Part shown: positions 1 to 5,842 of the stretch, in pieces
How positions within the stretch are numbered: the stretch's first letter is position 1
Layout of the letters: every line of letters begins with the position of its first letter
IMG/VR virus record: IMGVR_UViG_3300021446_000188
Location: 1 to 32,332 of that record
Reading direction: 5' to 3' (one strand)
Origin: a virus
Lineage: Duplodnaviria; Caudoviricetes
Length of the DNA stretch: 32,332 nt
The notes under the pieces: generated by a model
Told to the model about the DNA's origin: nothing
The model's input: only the letters and a program-made list of their open reading frames with translations
Database searches by the model: none
Made by a program: the position numbers and the translations under genes

Positions 1-68
1 CGTCGGGCGGTGGCGGTTTCAATGTCCTCGCCGAGTCGCTTGTTTGGTGCGCGAGTGTCGCTCGCCAT
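1..68 (-). CDS. 5' part of a hypothetical protein running off the window (MASDTRAPNKRLGEDIETATAR...)
   Basis: ATG at 68, with in-frame GTG at 74 overlapping the upstream stop; GGAGGTGA Shine-Dalgarno-like sequence upstream on the minus strand. Confidence 0.45.
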   Translation of the reverse strand, partial: MASDTRAPNKRLGEDIETATAR

Positions 69-70
69 AC

Positions 71-217
71 TCACGCGTCATCACCTCCCGATTTCGGCCG
101 AGCGAGCAGATAGTCGCCGTCCTCCTGTTCGACGAGGATGACGTCGTCGCGGGGGTGCAGCGCACTCGTCTCCACGGCGGCGTCGACCGCGCCGACGACC
201 TCGAACACGTCGCTCAT
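71..217 (-). CDS. Small acidic hypothetical protein (48 aa, MSDVFEVVGAVDAAVE...)
   Basis: Not in the ORF track; ATGA overlap with the PadR stop at 214-217; acidic composition. Confidence 0.6.
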   Translation of the reverse strand: MSDVFEVVGAVDAAVETSALHPRDDVILVEQEDGDYLLARPKSGGDDA

Positions 218-582
218 GCGCGGCCCTCCAGGTACGTGGCTTGCCAGTCGCGATAGGCCGCGAGAAGCGCACGGCCGTGCTCGGTCAGTGCGTACTCGTT
301 AGTGCGTCGGTCGGGCTGTCGGGTGTCTTTCTCGACGAGGCCCTCCTCGGCGAGCCGGTCGAGGTTGGGGTAGAGCCGGCCGTGATGCACCGTCTCGTAG
401 TGCGGGGCCGCTTCGAGCGCGGTCTTGAGCCCGAGCCCGTGCGTGGGACCGTCGGCGAGTACGACGAGGATATCGTGCCGGAACGCAGTCAGAGCGCTTG
501 CGGCGGCCAGTGCGTTGGTATTCGTCGTCGTCTCGGTACGTGTTTCGGAACTTTCTTTTGCGTTGTCAGTGTCGTTAATCAT
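214..582 (-). CDS. PadR-family winged-helix regulator (122 aa)
   Basis: LTAFRHDILVVL...HGLGLKTALE...HGRLYPNLDRLAEEGLVEK...DRRTNEYALT matches haloarchaeal PadR-like proteins; start taken at MINDTD (582). Confidence 0.85.
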   Translation of the reverse strand: MINDTDNAKESSETRTETTTNTNALAAASALTAFRHDILVVLADGPTHGLGLKTALEAAPHYETVHHGRLYPNLDRLAEEGLVEKDTRQPDRRTNEYALTEHGRALLAAYRDWQATYLEGRA

Positions 583-618
583 GGTCTCGTGGGTCGTCAG
601 TTGTTGTTCCGCACGGGA

Positions 619-683
619 CCACGACCTGCATGTGCGCGGCCGGGCTTTGGTCAGTGGGGCCGCGCACGTGCGGCCAGTCGTGG
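619..683. repeat. Long intergenic inverted repeat / stem-loop
   Basis: gcatgtgcgcggcc (628-641) pairs with ggccgcgcacgtgc (658-671, one G-T); ccacgac (619-625) pairs with gtcgtgg (677-683); 16-nt loop. Confidence 0.8.
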
Positions 684-698
684 CAGTTCTGCAACGAT

Positions 699-953
699 TC
701 AGCTCTTGCCCTCGACCTCCACGTCCGACCAGTCGATCGTGGAGCCATCGCGCTGGTCGATGATGCTCCAGTGGTCGGCGTCGTCGCCCTGCTCGTTGCA
801 GGCATCGCAATACACGTGCGAGTTTGTCGGCCGCCAGTTCCGGTGGCCGTTCGGGCATGTGTACTGCCAGCGCTCCGTGGCGTCGGACAGATCGATACTG
901 ACCGACGCGACATCTCCCTCCACGTCGTCCCCCACCGATTCGTCGGCTGACAT
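699..953 (-). CDS. Small Zn-binding protein (84 aa; CPNGH...CDAC)
   Basis: Start MSADES at 953; WQYTCPNGHRNWRPTNSHVYCDAC motif; TATA-like CTTATTA about 28 nt upstream (leaderless). Confidence 0.75.
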   Translation of the reverse strand: MSADESVGDDVEGDVASVSIDLSDATERWQYTCPNGHRNWRPTNSHVYCDACNEQGDDADHWSIIDQRDGSTIDWSDVEVEGKS

Positions 954-1004
954 ACCGAGTTGATATGTCGGGAGGGGTCGTAATAAGGGGTTTTGTGGGC
1001 CGAA

Positions 1005-1084
1005 GCGAAAGTAAAACGCCAGCGAGTATCGCCGATCGGGGTGCAACCCCCGACTTGGCCGGCTCCCACCCCGGCGAAAGTAAA
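1005..1084. repeat. 11-bp direct repeat GCGAAAGTAAA x2 flanking two hairpins
   Basis: Copies at 1005-1015 and 1074-1084; hairpins gccga-tcgggg/ccccga-c-ttggc (1031-1059) and gccgg/ccggc (1058-1075) lie between them. Confidence 0.7.
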
Positions 1085-1201
1085 GCCCCACTGCATGCCG
1101 TGTCCACAACCTGCCCTTAGTCGGCGGCGACGCTGAACAACCGGGTCATTACTACGGCGGTCGGGGTTGTGGACTGACATGCGTTGTGGGGTCGTTTGCA
1201 G

Positions 1202-1227
1202 CCGGCACGCGGTGGGGCGCGTGCCGG
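1202..1227 (-). terminator. Perfect 10-bp GC hairpin just downstream of the RHH gene (possible terminator or processing site)
   Basis: ccggcacgcg (1202-1211) / cgcgtgccgg (1218-1227), 6-nt loop, 5 nt past the stop at 1233. Confidence 0.45.
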
Positions 1228-1232
1228 GTGGT

Positions 1233-1430
1233 TTATTCGGATGCCGATGCGGTTTGGTTCGTCGTCCTTTCCTCCGGCCGGATGGTGGGCTGTTCCCACC
1301 CGTCAGCGTCTTCTGTGTTGAGTCTCGCGGCGACGGCGGCTTGGACCCAATTGCTCCGAGAAGTCCGGCCACGTCGCGTGTCGATCTCGTCCAATAGGGC
1401 CTCCGGCATACTGATGGTAACTCGTACCAT
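1233..1430 (-). CDS. Ribbon-helix-helix (CopG/MetJ/Arc-like) DNA-binding protein (65 aa)
   Basis: MVRVTISMPEALLDEID...SRSNWVQAAV is the classic RHH pattern; CTTTAA box about 30 nt upstream. Confidence 0.85.
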   Translation of the reverse strand: MVRVTISMPEALLDEIDTRRGRTSRSNWVQAAVAARLNTEDADGWEQPTIRPEERTTNQTASASE

Positions 1431-1540
1431 TCGACAGGCCAACCGACACTGGCGCTCGCCTTAAAGCTGTCGCACAGTGCCACGTAGCCGACAGTGCCAT
1501 TGGGGAGACTACTATTGTACCACTGTGATAACTTGCTACT
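1431..1540. promoter_or_regulatory. Divergent promoter with ACAGTGCCA repeats (putative RHH operators)
   Basis: ACAGTGCCA at 1474-1482 and 1491-1499, inverted partial copy cactgtg at 1521-1527; AT-rich boxes near 1460-1466 (left-facing) and 1511-1518 (right-facing). Confidence 0.6.
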
Positions 1541-1723
1541 ATGGCACGGCCCAGTATCCGGATTCCCGATGACTTGTTGGACGACTTCGACGAGGCCGTA
1601 TTCGAGCGCAAAGTGATCGGTGACCTCGACCGCGACGCGACTCGGTCGGCGGTCGTTCGACAGCTCATGCGCGAGTACATCGCCGAAACGGAGGCCATGC
1701 AGTCCGACGACGCCGAGGGGTAG
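1541..1723 (+). CDS. Ribbon-helix-helix DNA-binding protein (60 aa)
   Basis: MARPSIRIPDDLLDDFD...TRSAVVRQLMREYI. Confidence 0.85.
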   Translation: MARPSIRIPDDLLDDFDEAVFERKVIGDLDRDATRSAVVRQLMREYIAETEAMQSDDAEG

Positions 1724-1738
1724 CGATACCATTCGCTG

Positions 1739-1951
1739 TCAGTCATCGCCGGCCACTCCGCAAGGCGTTACGATGCCGGCGTTGTCCTCGACGACGAGTT
1801 CGGCAACGATCTCCTCGCCGACGACCCGCCAGCCGTGGGCATCGGAGTGACGCTCCCGGACGCGCCGCCAGCCGCCAGCGTCGCGGCGCTCGAACCGGAC
1901 GCGATGCCGGCGGTACGTGCCGCTGTACTCGACGGTCAGGCCCTCACTCAT
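1739..1951 (-). CDS. Hypothetical protein (70 aa)
   Basis: Last gene of the coupled leftward operon; start overlaps the upstream ORF end. Confidence 0.7.
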   Translation of the reverse strand: MSEGLTVEYSGTYRRHRVRFERRDAGGWRRVRERHSDAHGWRVVGEEIVAELVVEDNAGIVTPCGVAGDD

Positions 1952-2060
1952 CGGCGACCGCCTCGCGTTGGTGCTCCAGCGCTGGATCGACGCGCACGCC
2001 CTCGGGAATCTCGCGGAGCCCCAGCACGGGGCCGTAGCCGGTGGGCGTCGTCTGCATCAT
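1944..2060 (-). pseudogene. C-terminal remnant of the split SWIM-finger gene (38-aa ORF MMQTTPTGYGPVLGLREIPEGVRVDPALEHQREAVADE)
   Basis: LGLREIPEGVRVDPAL resembles the tail that follows the SWIM finger in haloarchaeal proviral proteins; ATG overlaps the HNH stop; GC-rich codon style resumes here. Confidence 0.5.
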
Positions 2061-2689
2061 TCGAGGTCACCCAGGGAGCGGTGGAGTTTGAGATGATCTC
2101 CTCTCGACATCGTTTCAAGGTTCCCCGGACGGTTGTCCCACGGGATGCCGTTCCGGTGGTGGACGATACCATCCGAGACGGCGTCGACACCATACTCTGC
2201 GACTGCTACGAGCCGATGAACGCCAACTTCTGAGTGTTGGTCGCCCACAGATTCATAGCCTTCCTTCCGGGTAATGAACCATGCGCGATTACTCCGACGC
2301 GCTTCGACAGCGGGCTCAGTCTTAGTGCCGATGGACAGGTCGTGCTCCGCCATCCAGTGAGATACTGTTGACGAACAGCATCCAAGCCGCGCCGCCATCT
2401 CCTCAATTGTCAAGTCATCCTCAATCAAGGATTCGAGTGTATCTCTATCGCGCCACGAGGCTCTCTCGCAGATGTCTTGCGAGGTGTTGTCGGTCTCAGG
2501 CGGGTCCGGAGACCGCGTCTCGATGCCGTGTTTGTTGAACCAGTACAGGACTGCTTGATGCGTGATATCGAACCGATCTGCGATCTCTTCTAACGTGAGT
2601 TGCTTGTCCCAGTAGAGTTCGTGAAGCACTCCTTCATCTCGCCACGGGTTGCTGTCGTTGTACTCTTTCGAGCTACTGTGTTTGCTCAT
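2057..2689 (-). CDS. HNH homing endonuclease with two N-terminal HTH repeats (210 aa)
   Basis: VHRLVA...VHHRNGIPWDNRPGNLETMSRGDHLKLH HNH motif; two WRD...L..L......T.EE.A.R HTH units; visibly more AT-rich than its flanks. Confidence 0.9.
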   Translation of the reverse strand: MSKHSSSKEYNDSNPWRDEGVLHELYWDKQLTLEEIADRFDITHQAVLYWFNKHGIETRSPDPPETDNTSQDICERASWRDRDTLESLIEDDLTIEEMAARLGCCSSTVSHWMAEHDLSIGTKTEPAVEARRSNRAWFITRKEGYESVGDQHSEVGVHRLVAVAEYGVDAVSDGIVHHRNGIPWDNRPGNLETMSRGDHLKLHRSLGDLE

Positions 2690-2874
2690 TGTTCTAGCTT
2701 CTCCCGCTGTTTCAGACACTCGCAGGCGGGCCCGCGAGCGTCGACGACGTACTCGCTGGTCTCGCCGGAGTAGACCCGCGCCAAGTCCGGGGCCTCCATC
2801 ACGACCGCCATGGCCTCCGTGGCGGCGCGGCGGTCGCGGCCGTCGACCTGCGGGGACTCGGCGGTCGCCATCAC
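2686..2874 (-). pseudogene. N-terminal part of a SWIM zinc-finger protein truncated by the HNH insertion
   Basis: RAATEAMAV...VYSGETSEYVVDARGPACEC is the first half (CxC) of the SWIM CxC-Xn-CxH motif, followed by 9 unrelated codons and a stop overlapping the HNH ATG. Confidence 0.65.
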
Positions 2875-3443
2875 GCGTCACCCCGAACGCGGTCGAGCAC
2901 GTCCTCAAGATCGTCGACCAACTCACCAGTCTCGGGGTCGATGCCGGCGGCATCGAGCGCGGTCGCCCAGTCGCCGACGGTCGCTTTGACGGTGGCCGCG
3001 CTGTGGGGACCGAACTCGTCCATGTCGGCGGGCGTCGGGGCGCGGCCGAGCGCGACAGCGCCGGCGCGCAGCTCGCACAGCAGGTCCGCGGTCTCGGGCG
3101 GCAGGTCGCCGCCGACGATGCTGACCTCGATGGTCGCCCACTGCCGGCCGTCGACTTCCTTGTGGACGTACCAGAGGTACTGCTCAAGATCGTCGGTGTT
3201 GCCGTCCGTGATGATGCGGACGATATCGTCGGGCGCGACGACGAGCGAGCGCCGGATGGCGACGCTGTCCTCGCGCGAGTACTCGTCGTGGGCGGCGTCA
3301 ACGACGAGGATGCGGTCTCGGTCCTCGTCGTAGTAGTGGTTGTGGCCGCGCGTGTCCGTCCCGATGTGGACGAGCGCGTTCGCGCGGGTATCGAGAGCGA
3401 TACTGCGGTCCGAATCGCTTTTGGGTTGCTGGGTCGAACTCAT
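2871..3443 (-). CDS. Hypothetical protein with C-terminal homing-endonuclease-associated repeat (190 aa)
   Basis: LLCELRAGAVALGRAPTPADMDEFGPHSAATV...GDWATALDAAGID fits the HNH-associated helical repeat. Confidence 0.75.
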   Translation of the reverse strand: MSSTQQPKSDSDRSIALDTRANALVHIGTDTRGHNHYYDEDRDRILVVDAAHDEYSREDSVAIRRSLVVAPDDIVRIITDGNTDDLEQYLWYVHKEVDGRQWATIEVSIVGGDLPPETADLLCELRAGAVALGRAPTPADMDEFGPHSAATVKATVGDWATALDAAGIDPETGELVDDLEDVLDRVRGDA

Positions 3444-3624
3444 TGGTGGCTCTCCTAGTGGGGAGCACATCGGGGCGGTGTGGCAGCACCGGCCCGGCTT
3501 TGCAACCGAGCGTGTCCCCGACTGCTCTACTTCATAGTACTATGGCCAAGCACTTATTCCTTAGGGTCTAAGGGCCGCAGTCTTTGGGACAAGGGTTAAA
3601 GCCTATGCCACCCTTAGTTAAGGT
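3444..3624. promoter_or_regulatory. Divergent promoter / genetic switch with palindromic operators
   Basis: CATAGTACTATG (3533-3544), CCTTAG-ggt-CTAAGG (3559-3573), CCTTA-gt-TAAGG (3612-3623); TTAAA box near 3596-3600; leader hairpin ggtg-tggcag-cacc within 3471-3496. Confidence 0.75.
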
Positions 3625-3873
3625 ATGAGCACGGCAACTAGCGGCCGGGATCCAATGCTCGATGAAGAGGACCTGGGGCCGGCTGACGAGGCGCTGCTGG
3701 ATCTACTCCGGGAGGGCCGCCTCACGGCACCGTATGCATCAGACGAGACGGGGTACAGTCTCCAGTACGTCCGCGATCGCTTGGGCCGGCTGGTCGAACA
3801 CGGTAACGCGCGAAAAGTATACGAGGGGCTCTACGAACTCGTTGAGGACCCGCGCGAGGATCCAGATCACTGA
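3625..3873 (+). CDS. Winged-HTH repressor (phiH Rep-like, 82 aa)
   Basis: DEALLDLLREGRLTAPYASDETGYSLQYVRDRLGRLVEHG...GLYEL; divergent from the early operon. Confidence 0.8.
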   Translation: MSTATSGRDPMLDEEDLGPADEALLDLLREGRLTAPYASDETGYSLQYVRDRLGRLVEHGNARKVYEGLYELVEDPREDPDH

Positions 3874-3924
3874 CCAGCCCGACCTGCCCTCGCTTTTATT
3901 CCTCTGTTCGTCGAACACCGCGAT

Positions 3925-4197
3925 ATGGAGACACATACCAAGAAGTACGTGTACGCGACGATTTGTGGCATTCTCGCCGTCGCAACGTCGTTCACCATCA
4001 TCGGCGGGATCGTGTTCGGCCTCATGGGCGTGGGCTTCCTCATTCAAGGTTACGAAGCGAAACACGGCGACCGGCCGTGGTGGACAAAGAGTTTCCTGAC
4101 GCTCTGGCGCGAGCGCAAAAGCGACGACGCCCCCGACGACGCCAGGCAGTCCGGCACCGACCACTCCGATGAGCAGGTGCCCGAAGCCGATCCGTAG
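3925..4197 (+). CDS. Small membrane protein (90 aa; hydrophobic hairpin, acidic tail)
   Basis: Long hydrophobic stretch YVYATICGILAVATSFTIIGGIVFGLMGVGFLI; own TTTTAT box at about 3894-3899. Confidence 0.8.
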   Translation: METHTKKYVYATICGILAVATSFTIIGGIVFGLMGVGFLIQGYEAKHGDRPWWTKSFLTLWRERKSDDAPDDARQSGTDHSDEQVPEADP

Positions 4198-4394
4198 TCG
4201 TGTAGCCCCCGCACTGTAGCACCGTACCACCCACCAGAACCCAAACCTTTTTGCGAGCGACTCACAAAGGCGACAGTAACCCCCTGCCCGCCACTGGCCC
4301 CCTGTGCCCCTCGCTGGGCGAGCTGCCGCGACGACCCCGGCGACCAGCCAGTTGGATAGGACAGGCTGCGTGATTTTTCATCGACCCTACAACA

Positions 4395-5021
4395 ATGGCC
4401 ACAGCATCAGCCCCAGACGTGCAGCAGTGCGCGTATCACGACTGCGATGGCGACGGCCGTCGCGACGCCCAGTACTGTTCCCCGGAGTGCCGGACGCGAC
4501 ACGCCGCGCGCCAGATCCTGCGCACGTTGCGGTGGGACCACCGGGTCTGCGCCAGTTGCCACCGCAAGGTCCGCGACGTGTTCCCGCCGGGACGACGCCC
4601 CACCTCGTCGGACCGGCACAAGCCCATCCCCGAGTGCGCGATCGGCCGCGCCTATCCGACGGCCGATACGCAGGCCGCCATTACGGAGACGTTCGGCGCG
4701 GTCGTCGACGAGCGCGGCGACGTGTCGATCGCGCCACGCGACGGGCTGGCGTCGGCGGGCATCGCCTGTGACTGTGGCGCGACCCATCACGCAACGCTTG
4801 ACCGCCCGCTTACCCTCGGGGGCCTGATGGCCGCTGCCAAGCGGCTGTCTGACCGCGTCACGATGCTGTTGCACGAGGGCGAGTACGAGCACCAGCACGA
4901 CCGCGACGTGCTGCTCGACCGCGTGCGCGAGCAAAAAGAAGACCCCGACATCCGGTTCGACGACCAGGGCATCTTCAAGCGCGCACTCGGCGATGCGATC
5001 CTCGCGGCCACCCCATCATGA
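4395..5021 (+). CDS. Cys/His-rich Zn-binding protein (208 aa), first gene of the rightward cluster
   Basis: CAYHDC, YCSPEC, CASC and CDCG motifs; coupled to the downstream ORF. Confidence 0.75.
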   Translation: MATASAPDVQQCAYHDCDGDGRRDAQYCSPECRTRHAARQILRTLRWDHRVCASCHRKVRDVFPPGRRPTSSDRHKPIPECAIGRAYPTADTQAAITETFGAVVDERGDVSIAPRDGLASAGIACDCGATHHATLDRPLTLGGLMAAAKRLSDRVTMLLHEGEYEHQHDRDVLLDRVREQKEDPDIRFDDQGIFKRALGDAILAATPS

Positions 5022-5227
5022 CTGCCCCTGCACGCTTCCAACTGTTCAACCCCGCCGACTCGCTGGTCGCGACCGGCGCGTTCTTCCCGCGGACCGACTC
5101 GATGCAAATCGTCATCGTCAGCACCGGGTCCGACGACTGGGCCGTCACTGCACCGAATCTCACGGACGCCCTCGACCAAGTCGACGCCGATGTCAGCGTG
5201 ACCTGGCTTGATGATACGCTGGTGTGA
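5018..5227 (+). CDS. Hypothetical protein (69 aa)
   Basis: ATGA/GTGA overlaps at both ends; acidic. Confidence 0.65.
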   Translation: MTAPARFQLFNPADSLVATGAFFPRTDSMQIVIVSTGSDDWAVTAPNLTDALDQVDADVSVTWLDDTLV

Positions 5228-5472
5228 CGATGCTCCCCGACAAAACGGAAGACGAGAGCGACTACGACGGGCCACTGAGTACGTATCCGGAGTGGCACGC
5301 GCTCGCCCACGGTCTGTACAACGGGATGCGCTCCTGGACGGCCCGCCCCGGCGAACTCCCCGAGAACGCAGACGTACAGAAAGAACCGCACTACTACAAG
5401 GGCAGCTACGTCGCTGGCACGCTCCTCCAGGCCGCGATCGTCGTGGTCGTCGTCGGCCGGTTTGCACCATGA
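5224..5472 (+). CDS. Small protein with C-terminal membrane anchor (82 aa)
   Basis: EWHALAHGLYNG...KEPHYYKGSYVAGTLLQAAIVVVVVG; coupled overlaps. Confidence 0.75.
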   Translation: MTMLPDKTEDESDYDGPLSTYPEWHALAHGLYNGMRSWTARPGELPENADVQKEPHYYKGSYVAGTLLQAAIVVVVVGRFAP

Positions 5473-5615
5473 CCGACGGCCCAGTGGACTGCCCGGCGTG
5501 TGGTGAGTCCCCGGTCGCGGTCGTCGCCACTCGCACCGCCCCCGAAATAGGTCCCCTCCCCCTGCCAGACTGGACGCTGCACGTCCACGATGGTGCCGGA
5601 TACTACCACGACTGA
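5469..5615 (+). CDS. CPxCG zinc-finger microprotein (48 aa)
   Basis: MTDGPVDCPACG...HVH...YYH; ATGA overlap with the upstream stop. Confidence 0.65.
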   Translation: MTDGPVDCPACGESPVAVVATRTAPEIGPLPLPDWTLHVHDGAGYYHD

Positions 5616-5623
5616 GCCCTCCC

Positions 5624-5842
5624 ATGAATCGCTACAGTTTCTGGTGGACGACAGCCGCCGTGTTCGTCCTCGCAACAGACATCGCGACTGCGGCCGAAAG
5701 TGGAACCGAAACGACACTGCTGCAAAACACCGTCTGTCTGAACCTCATGACGTTCACGCTGCTCGTGTTGCTTCCGTCGGACGACATCGTCAGCATGCTC
5801 ATCGACGTGTCCCCGTTCGACCGCGGCACCGCGGATGACTGA
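5624..5842 (+). CDS. Small membrane protein (72 aa)
   Basis: Two hydrophobic segments; 8 nt after the upstream stop. Confidence 0.6.
   Translation: MNRYSFWWTTAAVFVLATDIATAAESGTETTLLQNTVCLNLMTFTLLVLLPSDDIVSMLIDVSPFDRGTADD

Noticed and set aside
1031-1059. tRNA T-arm-like hairpin (GGGTGCAACCCC) as a tRNA or att site
   Set aside because: No acceptor, D or anticodon arms or CCA could be built around it
214-1732. ORF-track long versions 214-1107, 575-1732 and 2057-3301
   Set aside because: Arg/Pro-rich N-terminal extensions overlap better genes; starts reassigned to 582 (PadR) and 2689 (HNH), and 575-1732 dropped
2057-2715. HNH insertion as a self-splicing intron or intein
   Set aside because: No intein termini; too little non-coding sequence for a group I core; no junction found that restores an in-frame CxC-CxH finger
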